Positions 1-9,828 of a stretch of 47,797 nucleotides of DNA are shown piece after piece. A program made the translations under genes and the position numbers. The stretch lies in the UHGV virus genome UHGV-0368429, one strand, 5' to 3'. Source of the stretch: a virus. Position 1 is the stretch's first letter; each line of letters opens with the position of its first letter. The notes under the pieces are model-generated. The model had not been told where the DNA came from, made no database searches, and worked only from the letters and a program-made list of their open reading frames with translations.

Positions 1-63
1 GCAGCTGCGCTGGATGAAATGATACCGGGGTTGCTGAGTGAATATATCGAACAGTCAGGTTAA
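1..63 (+). CDS. nu1: Terminase small subunit Nu1, C-terminal 20 codons plus stop
   Basis: Frame 1 translates [20 protein letters not shown], matching the lambda Nu1 C-terminus; overlaps the start of gene A as in lambda. Confidence 0.9.
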   Translation, partial: AAALDEMIPGLLSEYIEQSG

Positions 64-1960
64 GGGGCTACAGCACTCCGCGCGCTCGGGGCTCCGTTCG
101 TTGTACCGGCCAGAACCGCAAACGGCGGTTGAGTGGGCAGACGAAAATTATTACCTTCCAAAAGAGTCTGCTTATCAGGAAGGGCGCTGGGAAACGCTGC
201 CGTTTCAGCGTGCGATAATGAATGCGATGGGTAATGACTATATCCGCGAGGTCAATGTCGTTAAGTCTGCCCGAGTAGGCTATTCAAAAATGCTGCTCGG
301 CGTGTATGCGTATTTCATCCAGCATAAACAACGTAACTCGCTTATCTGGTTACCTACCGACGGTGATGCAGAAAACTTCATGAAATCCCATGTCGAACCG
401 ACAATCCGGGACATCCCCTCACTGCTGGCGCTGGCGCCCTGGTACGGTAAAAAGCACCGGGACAACACGTTGAGTATGAAACGTTTCTCGAATGGGCGAG
501 GTTTCTGGTGCCTCGGTGGTAAAGCTGCAAAAAACTACCGTGAAAAATCTGTTGATGTGGCGGGTTATGACGAGCTGGCGGCATTTGACGATGATATCGA
601 GAAAGAGGGCTCTCCAACGTTCCTGGGGGATAAACGTATTGAAGGGTCGGTCTGGCCTAAATCGATACGAGGATCCACACCCAAAATTAAAGGGACATGC
701 CAGATTGAACGTGCCGCCAAGGAGTCAGAGCATTTCTTGCGCTTCTATGTTCCCTGCCCACATTGTGGGGAGGAGCAGTTCCTTAAATTCGGCGATAAAG
801 AGACGCCATTCGGGTTCAAATGGACGCCGGGCGATCCTGCCAGCGTTATATATCTGTGTGAACACAATGCCTGCGTAATTAAACAGCAGGAGCTCGATTT
901 TTCGCAGGCGCGGTACATCTGTGATGAAACCGGGATCTGGACGCGAGACGGACTTTGCTGGTTTTCATCATCGGGTGCCGAAATTGATCCGCCTGACAGC
1001 GTAACCTTTCATATCTGGACGGCCTATAGCCCCTTCACAACCTGGGTGCAAATCGTCAAGGACTGGATCAAGACCAAAGGGGACACGGGAAAGCGTAAGA
1101 CGTTCGTCAACACAACGCTTGGTGAAACGTGGGAGCCTAAAATTGGTGAGCGTCCTGATGCTGAGGTGATGGCCGAACGTATTGAGCACTTCGGTGCCAG
1201 GGTGCCGGAGCGCGTGGCCTATCTTACTGCCGGTATTGACTCACAGCTTGACCGTTACGAAATGCGTGTCTGGGGCTGGGGGCCTGGTGAGGAAAGCTGG
1301 CTTATCGACAAAATTATCATTATGGGGCGACATGATGATGAATCCACGCTTCTGAGGTTGGATGAGGCGATCAACAAAACCTATCCGAGGCCTAACGGTG
1401 TTGAGATGCTTATTTCCCGCATCTGCTGGGATATCGGTGGCATAGACCCAACGATTGTTTATAACCGCTCGAAAAAGCATGGTCTGTTTCGTGTCATCCC
1501 CGTTAAAGGCGCATCTGTCTACGGCAAGCCCGTGGCGAATATGCCTCGTAAGCGTAACAAGAACGGCGTTTATCTCACTGAGGTAGGAACAGACACCGCG
1601 AAAGAGCAAATTTATAACCGTTTCACGCTGGTGGCAGAAGGCGACGAACCGCTGGCGGGAGCGGTTCACTTCCCTAATAACCCTGAAATATATGATTTAG
1701 CTGAGGCTCAGCAGCTTACGGCTGAAGAGCAGGTTGAGAAGTGGGTAGACGGGAAGAAAAAAATCGTCTGGGACAGTAAAAAACGACGAAATGAGGCGCT
1801 TGACTGTTTTGTCTATGCACTTGCAGCTCTGCGGATAAGTATCTCCCGCTGGCAGCTGGATCTGGATTCTCTTCTGGCCAGCTTACGGGAAGAAGACACT
1901 GGCCGTAAAAATAATAAATCTCTGGCGGATTATGCCAGGGCATTAGCGGGAGATGAATAA
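38..1960 (+). CDS. A: Terminase large subunit gpA
   Basis: 640-aa ORF; N-terminus [50 protein letters not shown] and most of the length match lambda gpA as recalled. Confidence 0.95.
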   Translation: MNISNSQVKGLQHSARSGLRSLYRPEPQTAVEWADENYYLPKESAYQEGRWETLPFQRAIMNAMGNDYIREVNVVKSARVGYSKMLLGVYAYFIQHKQRNSLIWLPTDGDAENFMKSHVEPTIRDIPSLLALAPWYGKKHRDNTLSMKRFSNGRGFWCLGGKAAKNYREKSVDVAGYDELAAFDDDIEKEGSPTFLGDKRIEGSVWPKSIRGSTPKIKGTCQIERAAKESEHFLRFYVPCPHCGEEQFLKFGDKETPFGFKWTPGDPASVIYLCEHNACVIKQQELDFSQARYICDETGIWTRDGLCWFSSSGAEIDPPDSVTFHIWTAYSPFTTWVQIVKDWIKTKGDTGKRKTFVNTTLGETWEPKIGERPDAEVMAERIEHFGARVPERVAYLTAGIDSQLDRYEMRVWGWGPGEESWLIDKIIIMGRHDDESTLLRLDEAINKTYPRPNGVEMLISRICWDIGGIDPTIVYNRSKKHGLFRVIPVKGASVYGKPVANMPRKRNKNGVYLTEVGTDTAKEQIYNRFTLVAEGDEPLAGAVHFPNNPEIYDLAEAQQLTAEEQVEKWVDGKKKIVWDSKKRRNEALDCFVYALAALRISISRWQLDLDSLLASLREEDTGRKNNKSLADYARALAGDE

Positions 1961-2166
1961 TGGCAACACAGGCTGAACTGGATGCCGCGCGCGCAGCGTT
2001 ACATGATCTGATGATGGGAAAACGGGTTGCGACGGTACAGAAAGACGGTCGAAGGGTGGAATTTACGGCGACGTCAGTCAGCGATCTGAAAAAGTACATC
2101 GCCGATCTAGAGTCACAGGTCGGTACCACTTCACGACGCCGCGGGCCGGCAAGGTTCTACGCATGA
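1960..2166 (+). CDS. W: Head-tail joining protein gpW
   Basis: 68 aa; ...[41 protein letters not shown]... matches lambda gpW; start overlaps the A stop. Confidence 0.9.
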   Translation: MATQAELDAARAALHDLMMGKRVATVQKDGRRVEFTATSVSDLKKYIADLESQVGTTSRRRGPARFYA

Positions 2167-3752
2167 AAATTCCTTCTTTAGTTGGCCCCGACGGGAAAAC
2201 CTCCCTGAGGGAATATGCAGGCTATCACGCCGGTGGCGGCGGATTCGGTGGGCAGCTAAATGCCTGGAATCCCCAGAGTGAAAGTGCCGACGCCGCACTT
2301 CTGCCGAACTTCGCCCGGGGGAATGCCCGTGCTGATGATCTGGTCCGTAACAATGGTTATGCGGCAAACGCCGTTCAGCTTCACCAGGATCACATCGTCG
2401 GGTCTTTTTTCAGACTGAGTTACTGCCCGAGCTGGCGTTATCTCGGCATTAAAGAAGAGGAAAGCCGAGCATTTGCCAGGGAGGTGGAGGCCGCCTGGTA
2501 TGAATATGCGGAGGATGACTTTTGCGGGATTGATGCCGAGCGCAAGCGTACCTTTACGATGATGATCCGTGAAGGCGTTGCGACGCACGCATTTAACGGT
2601 GAACTGTGCGTCCAGCCCACCTGGGACAGTGATTCATCGCGACTTTTTCGCACGCAATTTAAAATGGTTAGTCCAAAACGCGTGAGTAATCCCGGTAATA
2701 CAGGTGACACGCGTAACTGTCGCGCGGGTGTCAAAATCAGTGATAGCGGCGCAGCGCTGGGGTACTACGTCAGTGAAGACAGCTATCCTGGCTGGATGTC
2801 GCAAAAATGGACCTATATACCACGGGAACTGCCGGGCGGAAGGCCATCATTCATCCATATTTTTGAACCGCTTGAGGATGGACAGACCCGCGGCGCAAAC
2901 GTGTTTTACAGCGTGATGGAGCAGATGAAAATGCTCGACACCCTGCAAAATACTCAGCTCCAGAGCGCAATTGTAAAAGCTATGTATGCGGCGACAATCG
3001 AGAGCGAGCTTGATACCGATACGGCGATGGACTTTATCCTCGGCGCGGATAGTAAGCAGCAAAATAAGCTGACGGGCTGGCTTGGCGAAATGGCAGCATA
3101 CTACGCTGCAGCGCCGGTTCGCCTCGGTGGCGCGAAAGTGCCTCATCTTATGCCGGGCGATTCCCTGAACCTTCAGTCAGCACAGGATACCGATAACGGT
3201 TATTCCACCTTTGAACAATCACTCCTGCGCTATATTTCGGCCGGTCTTGGTGTTTCGTATGAGCAGCTTTCCCGTAACTACTCTCAGATGAGCTATTCGA
3301 CGGCGCGCGCCAGCGCCAATGAATCCTGGGCGTTCTTTATGGGGCGTCGCAAGTTTGTCGCGGCCCGGCAAGCCTGCCAGATGTTCGTCTGCTGGCTCGA
3401 AGAGGCGATTGCGCGCCGGGTTGTCACGCTCCCGTCCAAAGCCAGGTTTAGCTTCCAGGAGGCGAGAACTGCCTGGGGTAACGCCAACTGGATTGGCTCG
3501 GGGCGCATGGCTATTGATGGGCTGAAGGAGGTGCAGGAGGCCGTGATGCTGATTGAGGCTGGTCTCAGCACATATGAGAAGGAGTGTGCCAAACGCGGAG
3601 ATGACTATCAGGAGATATTTTCTCAGCAGGTACGTGAAACTATGGAGCGCCGGAGCGCGGGACTTAAACCTCCGGCATGGGCGGCAGCTGCATTTGAATC
3701 TGGGCTGAAAAAATCAAATGAGGAGGTAAAAGATGACGCCAGAGCTGCGTAA
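2163..3752 (+). CDS. B: Portal protein gpB
   Basis: 529 aa in the position and size of lambda gpB; overlaps W stop and C start. Confidence 0.9.
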   Translation: MKIPSLVGPDGKTSLREYAGYHAGGGGFGGQLNAWNPQSESADAALLPNFARGNARADDLVRNNGYAANAVQLHQDHIVGSFFRLSYCPSWRYLGIKEEESRAFAREVEAAWYEYAEDDFCGIDAERKRTFTMMIREGVATHAFNGELCVQPTWDSDSSRLFRTQFKMVSPKRVSNPGNTGDTRNCRAGVKISDSGAALGYYVSEDSYPGWMSQKWTYIPRELPGGRPSFIHIFEPLEDGQTRGANVFYSVMEQMKMLDTLQNTQLQSAIVKAMYAATIESELDTDTAMDFILGADSKQQNKLTGWLGEMAAYYAAAPVRLGGAKVPHLMPGDSLNLQSAQDTDNGYSTFEQSLLRYISAGLGVSYEQLSRNYSQMSYSTARASANESWAFFMGRRKFVAARQACQMFVCWLEEAIARRVVTLPSKARFSFQEARTAWGNANWIGSGRMAIDGLKEVQEAVMLIEAGLSTYEKECAKRGDDYQEIFSQQVRETMERRSAGLKPPAWAAAAFESGLKKSNEEVKDDARAA

Positions 3753-5076
3753 TCTCCCGCATATTGCCAGCATGGCCTTCAATGAGCCGCTGATGCTTGA
3801 ACCCGCCTACGCGCGGGTTTTCTTTTGCGCGCTGGCAGGCCAGCTGGGTATCACCCGACTGACTGATTCCGCTTCTGGCGTCTCGCTCGGCGCTGAACAA
3901 ATTGCAGAGCCGCTGGCGCTGTTTGGCGATGACGAGGAAATGGGGCCCCGGCCAGCGCGGAGCTATCAGGTAACAAACGGGATCGCGGTGCTGCCCGTTT
4001 CCGGGACGCTGGTCAGCAAAACCCGGTCACTGCAGCCTTATTCCGGTATGACGGGCTATAACGGGGTCATTGCCCGACTGCAGCAGGCAATGAGTGATCC
4101 CGGCGTAGACGGTATTCTGCTGGATATGGACACGCCGGGCGGGATGGTGTCCGGGGCTTTCGATTGTGCCGACATTATTGCCCGGATGCGGGATATCAAG
4201 CCCGTTTGGGCGCTGGCAAATGATATGAACTGCAGCGCAGGGCAGCTAATTGCCAGTTCTGCATCGCGACGGCTTGTCACGCAAACGGCCAGAACCGGCT
4301 CCATCGGCGTCATGATGGCGCACAGTAATTATGGCGCTGCGCTGAAAACTAACGGCGTTGAGGTCACGCTGATTTACAGCGGCGATCATAAAGTCGACGG
4401 AAATCCCTACGAAAAACTACCAAAGGACGTTCGCGCTGATTTTCAGACGCGTATCGATGCCACTCGTCAGATGTTTGCCGAAAAGGTTTCCGCTTATACC
4501 GGAATGTCAGTGCAGGCCGTACTGGACACCGAAGCGGCCGTCTTCTCCGGCCAGGAGTCCGTGGATAACGGTCTGGCGGATGAACTTGTTAACAATACCG
4601 ACGCGCTCAGCGTGATGCGTGAAGCACTCGACAGACGCAAAAAAACAACCACTGGAGGAACTATGCCATCACCTTCTGCATCTGCAGCGACCAATCAGCC
4701 AGCTGACCAGGCAGCAACACAGACGACTGCACCGGCTGAGCAGGTCACCACCGTTGACACAACAACTGCTGCCTTAACGGCCCCGGCAGACCTCAGCGCT
4801 CAGGTATCGGCAGCCGTAGCTGCCGAGAATGGTCGCATCATGGGTATTCTGAACTGCGAAGAGGCAAAAGGTCGCGAATCACAGGCCCGTGCGCTGGCCG
4901 AAACGCCGGGCATGACGGTCGAGAATGCACAGCGCATTCTGGCCGCGGCGCCGCAAAGCGCCCAGGCGCGTACCGATACGGCGCTGGATCGCCTGATGGA
5001 AACCGCGCCAGGCGCTCTTTCAGCAGGGAATGCCTCTGCTGAAGCTGGCGACGATTTGTTAAACACCCCCGTTTAA
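3733..5076 (+). CDS. C: Head maturation protease / scaffold gpC (Nu3 scaffold expected as an in-frame internal start)
   Basis: 447 aa; [40 protein letters not shown]... matches lambda gpC over its length. Confidence 0.9.
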   Translation: MTPELRNLPHIASMAFNEPLMLEPAYARVFFCALAGQLGITRLTDSASGVSLGAEQIAEPLALFGDDEEMGPRPARSYQVTNGIAVLPVSGTLVSKTRSLQPYSGMTGYNGVIARLQQAMSDPGVDGILLDMDTPGGMVSGAFDCADIIARMRDIKPVWALANDMNCSAGQLIASSASRRLVTQTARTGSIGVMMAHSNYGAALKTNGVEVTLIYSGDHKVDGNPYEKLPKDVRADFQTRIDATRQMFAEKVSAYTGMSVQAVLDTEAAVFSGQESVDNGLADELVNNTDALSVMREALDRRKKTTTGGTMPSPSASAATNQPADQAATQTTAPAEQVTTVDTTTAALTAPADLSAQVSAAVAAENGRIMGILNCEEAKGRESQARALAETPGMTVENAQRILAAAPQSAQARTDTALDRLMETAPGALSAGNASAEAGDDLLNTPV

Positions 5077-5085
5077 GAGGCTAAC

Positions 5086-5418
5086 ATGGCAATCACCGAA
5101 GTATTTACTCATACCCAGCCGCTCGGTAACAGCGATCCGGCACACACCGCGTATGCACCGGGCGAACTGACAGCATCCACCCCGGCAATGACCCCGCTCA
5201 TGCTCGATGTTACGTCCGGCAAGCTAACCGTCTGGGACGGCGAGCATGCAGGTGCAGCAACCGGCATTCTGGCGGTTACCGCTGACCAGAGCAGTGCTGA
5301 ACTGGCATTTTATAAATCCGGTTCTTTCCGCATCGAAGATGTGCTCTGGCCGTCTGCCGTTACCGACGAAAATATCAAGCGTAACGCGTTCGCCGGTACT
5401 GCGATCAGCATCGTTTAA
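5086..5418 (+). CDS. D: Head decoration protein gpD
   Basis: 110 aa; ...[34 protein letters not shown]... and C-terminal [10 protein letters not shown] match lambda gpD. Confidence 0.9.
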   Translation: MAITEVFTHTQPLGNSDPAHTAYAPGELTASTPAMTPLMLDVTSGKLTVWDGEHAGAATGILAVTADQSSAELAFYKSGSFRIEDVLWPSAVTDENIKRNAFAGTAISIV

Positions 5419-5436
5419 TCACCCTCAACTTTCATA

Positions 5437-5460
5437 AAAGCCGCTTATGCGGCTTTTTTT
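5437..5460 (+). terminator. Hairpin plus T-run between D and E (terminator/attenuator-like)
   Basis: AGCCGC-TTAT-GCGGCT followed by seven T; lies in the D-E intergenic gap. Confidence 0.4.
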
Positions 5461-5473
5461 ACGGGAAAAATCT

Positions 5474-6499
5474 ATGTCAGTTTACACAACAGCCCAGCTT
5501 CTGGCGGTCAATGAGAAGAAATTCAAGTTCGATCCGCTCTTCCTGCGTATCTTCTTTCGCGAAACTTATCCCTTCAGTACAGAAAAAGTCTACCTGTCGC
5601 AAATTCCGGGCATGGTCAATATGGCGCTGTACGTATCGCCGATTGTCTCCGGGAAAGTGATTCGTTCCCGTGGTGGCAGCACGTCGGAATTTACGCCGGG
5701 GTATGTGAAGCCAAAACACGAAGTGAATCCGCTGATGACCCTCCGCCGCCTGCCTGATGAAGATCCACAGAATCTGGCCGACCCTGCCTATCGCCGCCGA
5801 CGCATCATTCTTCAGAACATGAAAGATGAAGAGCTTGCAATTGCGCAGGTAGAAGAAAAGCAGGCCGTTGCTGCAGTCCTCAGTGGTAAATACACCATGA
5901 CCGGGGAAGCGTTTGAGCCGGTTGAAGTTGATATGGGACGCAGTGCCGGTAACAACATCACCCAGGCGGGTGCAGCTGCCTGGTCTTCTCGCGACAAAAA
6001 AACGTACGACCCGACCGATGATATTGAAGCGTACGCGCTTAACGCCAGCGGTGTGGTCAACATTATCGTCTTCGATCCAAAGGGCTGGGCGCTGTTCCGC
6101 TCCTTTGACGCGGTGAAGGAAAAGCTGGATACGCGTCGCGGTTCAAGCTCTGAGCTCGAAACCGCCGTAAAAGACCTGGGAATGGCCGTCTCATATAAGG
6201 GGATGTATGGCGACGTTGCCATCGTTGTGTACTCCGGTCAGTACATCGAGGATGACGTCAAAAAGAACTACCTGCCGGATCTGACAATGGTGCTGGGAAA
6301 TACCCAGGCGCGCGGTCTGCGTACCTATGGCTGCATTCTGGATGCAGATGCACAGCGCGAAGGCATTAATGCTTCAACGCGCTATCCGAAAAACTGGGTG
6401 CAAACGGGCGACCCGGCTCGCGAGTTCACCATGATTCAGTCAGCTCCGCTGATGCTGCTGCCAGATCCGGACGCGTTCGTTTCAGTCAAGCTGGCATAA
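5474..6499 (+). CDS. E: Major capsid protein gpE
   Basis: From the internal ATG at 5474: MSVYTTAQLLAVNEKKFKFDPLFLRIFFRETYPFSTEKVYLSQIPGMVNMALYVSPIVSG... matches lambda gpE; the listed ORF start at 5447 is an upstream in-frame extension. Confidence 0.9.
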   Translation: MSVYTTAQLLAVNEKKFKFDPLFLRIFFRETYPFSTEKVYLSQIPGMVNMALYVSPIVSGKVIRSRGGSTSEFTPGYVKPKHEVNPLMTLRRLPDEDPQNLADPAYRRRRIILQNMKDEELAIAQVEEKQAVAAVLSGKYTMTGEAFEPVEVDMGRSAGNNITQAGAAAWSSRDKKTYDPTDDIEAYALNASGVVNIIVFDPKGWALFRSFDAVKEKLDTRRGSSSELETAVKDLGMAVSYKGMYGDVAIVVYSGQYIEDDVKKNYLPDLTMVLGNTQARGLRTYGCILDADAQREGINASTRYPKNWVQTGDPAREFTMIQSAPLMLLPDPDAFVSVKLA

Positions 6500-6544
6500 C
6501 TTTCCCCAGTGGCCCTGTTGGGCCACATTTCTGGAGTATTTCCC

Positions 6545-6958
6545 ATGACAGAAAAAGAAACCCTTATCGCCCGACTGAAAGAGCTGGGCGTAAAGCTTGA
6601 TCGTGAGGTCAACGTCACAGGCACCATCCAGGAGCTTACGTTACGTATTTCTGAGCTCGAAGAGGAACTCGACGAAGACGGAGAAGAGGGCGCTGAGGTG
6701 TCCGTTGCCAGCACTACTGCTATCAGCACCTCGGGCCAGCCCGGCCCAGAGAACACCTCTGGCTCTATTACCGAGAATCCTGCGTCAAATGAGCCCGGCG
6801 AGCTGGTGGCGGTTGAGACACTGGTGACCTTGCACATTGATGCACTTCACGCCACACGCAACGAGTCCCTCTCTATTGTTGAGCCTGGTGTCGTTATTCG
6901 CGTGACCGACGCGGAGGCTACCGAACTGATTTCTCAGGGGCTGGCCCGGGAAGTCTGA
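6545..6958 (+). CDS. FI: DNA packaging protein gpFI
   Basis: From ATG at 6545: MTEKETLIARLKELGVKLDREVNVTGTIQELTLRISELEEELDE...; similar to lambda FI at both ends; GGAG upstream. Confidence 0.8.
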   Translation: MTEKETLIARLKELGVKLDREVNVTGTIQELTLRISELEEELDEDGEEGAEVSVASTTAISTSGQPGPENTSGSITENPASNEPGELVAVETLVTLHIDALHATRNESLSIVEPGVVIRVTDAEATELISQGLAREV

Positions 6959-6969
6959 CAGGGGGCTTA

Positions 6970-7323
6970 ATGGCTGATTTCGATAATCTTTTTGATGAAG
7001 CGATGGCGCGCGCGGATACCACTATACGTGGAGTGATGGGCGCAGAGGCAAGGATAACCTCTGGATCTTTATCCGGCGTCACGCTCCGCGGGGTCTTTGA
7101 CGATCCAGAGAACATCGGTTTCGCAGAAGCGGGGATCAGAATTGACGGAACCAAGCCGACGTTTTTTGTGAACTCATCGGATGTAAGCGGGCTGGAACGT
7201 CTGGACACGCTGAAGGTAAACGGGCGTGAATTTTGGGTTGATCGCGTGGGCCCGGATGATTGCGGTTCCTGCCATGTATGGCTGGGTAGTGGATCACCTC
7301 CCGGCGGATCGCGGCGTCGTTAA
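6970..7323 (+). CDS. FII: Head completion protein gpFII
   Basis: 117 aa; MADFDNLFDEAMARADTTIRG...GVFDDPENIGFA... matches lambda FII. Confidence 0.9.
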   Translation: MADFDNLFDEAMARADTTIRGVMGAEARITSGSLSGVTLRGVFDDPENIGFAEAGIRIDGTKPTFFVNSSDVSGLERLDTLKVNGREFWVDRVGPDDCGSCHVWLGSGSPPGGSRRR

Positions 7324-7332
7324 GGAGCATTC

Positions 7333-7917
7333 ATGTCGATAAAAGGTCTTGAGCAGGCGATTGCTAACCTGAATAGCCTGGACAGAAATATGGTTCCCAA
7401 TGCCAGCGCATGGGCTGTGAACCGGGTTGCTGCTAATGGCGTCTCGGTTGCCGTCCGAAGAGTGGCGAAAGAAACGGTAGCCGGTGATAACCGCGTTTCG
7501 GGGATACCTGTAAAGCTGGTCAGACAAAGGGTGAGAATCAACAAAGCCTCGGCGTCAGGGCACTCAGCGGCCCGAATTAAGGTTAACCGGGGCAACCTTC
7601 CCGCCATCAAACTCGGTGCCGCGCAGGTCAGGGCTACGAACCGAAAAGGCCCGCTGGTTCGAAAAAGTAGCGTGCTGAGAATTGGCCGTTATGTTTTTCG
7701 CGACGCCTTTATCCAGCGCCTGGCGAACGGCCGCTGGCACGTCATGAAGCGCATTGCAGGAAAAAGTCGTTATCCCATCGACGTGGTCAAAATCCCATTG
7801 TCCGCGCCCCTCACTACTGCTTTCGAAGCAGAGAAGAAACGCATGCTTGAAGAGGAAATGCCAAAACAACTTGGCTATGCCCTCAGGCAACAACTGAGGT
7901 TGCATCTGACACGATGA
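7333..7917 (+). CDS. Z: Tail completion protein gpZ
   Basis: 194 aa; MSIKGLEQAIANL...RIKVNRGNLPAIKLG...NGRWHVMKRIAGKSRYPIDVVKIP... matches lambda gpZ. Confidence 0.9.
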   Translation: MSIKGLEQAIANLNSLDRNMVPNASAWAVNRVAANGVSVAVRRVAKETVAGDNRVSGIPVKLVRQRVRINKASASGHSAARIKVNRGNLPAIKLGAAQVRATNRKGPLVRKSSVLRIGRYVFRDAFIQRLANGRWHVMKRIAGKSRYPIDVVKIPLSAPLTTAFEAEKKRMLEEEMPKQLGYALRQQLRLHLTR

Positions 7918-8312
7918 AACACACTCTCATTCGCCAGAAAATTATTGATGTGCTTGAAGAGGCCATCGGGATCGACGTCATGTTTTTTGACGGGCGTCCG
8001 GCTGTCATTGAGGAGGAGGATTTTCCTGCCGTCGCGGTCTATCTGACCGATGCGGAGTATACCGGCGAAGAACTTGATGCCGATATGTGGGCGGCAACGT
8101 TACATATCGAGGTCTTCCTGTCATCGCAGGTACCAGATTCCGAACTGGATGAATGGATGGAAAGCCATATCTATCCGGCCCTCGCTGATGTTCCCGGCCT
8201 CGATTCACTGTTAACGCTCATGGTTCCACAAGGCTTCGATTACCAGCGCGATGATGCGATGGGGCTGTGGACCTCCGCCGATATGAAATATTCAATCACT
8301 TACGAAATGTGA
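7914..8312 (+). CDS. U: Tail terminator protein gpU
   Basis: 132 aa; ...[29 protein letters not shown]... matches lambda gpU. Confidence 0.9.
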   Translation: MKHTLIRQKIIDVLEEAIGIDVMFFDGRPAVIEEEDFPAVAVYLTDAEYTGEELDADMWAATLHIEVFLSSQVPDSELDEWMESHIYPALADVPGLDSLLTLMVPQGFDYQRDDAMGLWTSADMKYSITYEM

Positions 8313-8319
8313 GGAAAAC

Positions 8320-9063
8320 ATGCCAACACCAAATCCACTTGCTCCTGTAAAAGGCGCCGGTACCACCCTCTGGCTTTACACCGGAACGGGCAACGCTTTC
8401 GCTAACCCACTCTCTGATATCGACTGGAATCGCCTGGCGAAAATCAAAGAGCTGACGCCGGGCGAAATGACCGCCGAATCGTATGACGACACTTACCTCG
8501 ACGACGAGGATGCCGACTGGAACGCGACGGCCCAGGGGGCAAAATCTGCTGGCGATACCTCGTTCACCCTCGCCTGGAAGCCGGGCGAAGAAGGGCAAAA
8601 AGACCTGGTCGCATGGTTTATTGATGGCTCAGTACGCTATTACAAAATTAAATACCCGAACGGTACCGTCGACGTTTTCCGCGGCTGGTGCAGCAGTCTG
8701 GGTAAAGCCATTCCGGCAAAAGAGGTCATTACCCGTACAGCGAAAATCACCAATACCGGCAAGCCGGAGCTGGCTGAAGAAAGCGGGACCCCGAATATCC
8801 CCGTGACCGGCGTTACGCTCGATAAAGCCACGGCAAGCGTGGTCGTGGGCGCAACCACAACGCTCAATGTGACGGTTAACCCTGCCAGTGCCTCAGATAC
8901 CTCGTTCCGCGTGGCAACCTCCGACGGGGCAAAAGCAACGGTCACCGTTAGCGGCAACGCGATCACCGTCACCGGCGTGGCGGCAGGTACCGCTGACGTT
9001 ATTGTTATGACCAGCGATGGTAATTTCGTAGCGGTCTGCAAAGTCACCGTAACTGCAGCGTAA
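8320..9063 (+). CDS. V: Major tail tube protein gpV with C-terminal Ig-like domain
   Basis: 247 aa, size and position of lambda gpV; C-terminal [33 protein letters not shown]... looks like a Big_2-type domain. Confidence 0.85.
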   Translation: MPTPNPLAPVKGAGTTLWLYTGTGNAFANPLSDIDWNRLAKIKELTPGEMTAESYDDTYLDDEDADWNATAQGAKSAGDTSFTLAWKPGEEGQKDLVAWFIDGSVRYYKIKYPNGTVDVFRGWCSSLGKAIPAKEVITRTAKITNTGKPELAEESGTPNIPVTGVTLDKATASVVVGATTTLNVTVNPASASDTSFRVATSDGAKATVTVSGNAITVTGVAAGTADVIVMTSDGNFVAVCKVTVTAA

Positions 9064-9073
9064 GGAAGGACGC

Positions 9074-9505
9074 ATGTTTCTGAAAAAAGAGAAGTTCACC
9101 TGGCAAACAGAATCCCTGACCATCTTCGAGCTGTCGGCGCTGCAGCGTATTGAGTACATCACGTTTATGGCCGCAGAGGAAAAGGCCGTCAGCGCTGACA
9201 GCGACGGCATCAGCGATCAGGAAATGACGGCCAGGCTGATTGGCTCAAATATTCGCTGCGGTGCGCGTTTGATCGCGATGTCTTTGTGGCATAACGATCC
9301 GGCTGGCACGGATGTGGAGACGCTTTATCAGCAGGTGCTTAGCGGCTGGCCGCCGGAGGCGATCGGTAAAGCAGAAATGGAAATAAAGCTGCTCTCCGGC
9401 ATGCTCGTTCCGGTTGATGATGACAACGTTGCCGATCCGGATGCCTCCGCGGAGGCCGAAAGCGCTGAACCCGTTACGGCGGAAAAGCCCTTGCCAGCGA
9501 GCTGA
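9074..9505 (+). CDS. G: Tail assembly chaperone gpG
   Basis: 143 aa in the gpG position; ends at TGA 9503..9505. Confidence 0.85.
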   Translation: MFLKKEKFTWQTESLTIFELSALQRIEYITFMAAEEKAVSADSDGISDQEMTARLIGSNIRCGARLIAMSLWHNDPAGTDVETLYQQVLSGWPPEAIGKAEMEIKLLSGMLVPVDDDNVADPDASAEAESAEPVTAEKPLPAS

Positions 9506-9828
9506 AGTTTGTCCTGAATCTGGCGCGCGAGTTCGGGCGACCCGACTGGCGCGCCATGCTGGCTGGAATGACTTCCAGTGAGCTGGGCGACTGGCACCAG
9601 TTCTACCGGGAGCATTATTTTCAGGACGCGCAGCTCGATGCGCATTTCTCAGAGCTGCTTTATTCCATCTCCACTCTTTTCTTCCGCGACCCGGAACTTA
9701 CCCCCGCACATTTCAGCCTGCTTTCTCCTTCGGATGTCGTCATCAGCGATGACGAGCCGGATGATGACACGCTGATGACCGCAGCTGAGGGGATAACAGG
9801 AGGTATCCGATATGGCCCAGCAGATTAG
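9074..9828 (+). CDS. T: Tail assembly chaperone gpG-T fusion made by programmed -1 frameshift near 9481..9487
   Basis: The -1 frame is open from 9469 and reads ...[31 protein letters not shown]... through the listed 9556..9828 ORF, matching lambda gpT; candidate slip heptamer GGAAAAG at 9481..9487. Confidence 0.7.

Noticed and set aside
5447-5473. Listed ORF starts upstream of the real starts for E (5447), K (13981), I (14675), J (15937), the C5 MTase (37742) and Rz (44585)
   Set aside because: These are in-frame upstream extensions that overlap the preceding gene or lack an SD; internal ATG/GTG codons aligning with lambda N-termini and with stop-start overlaps were used instead.
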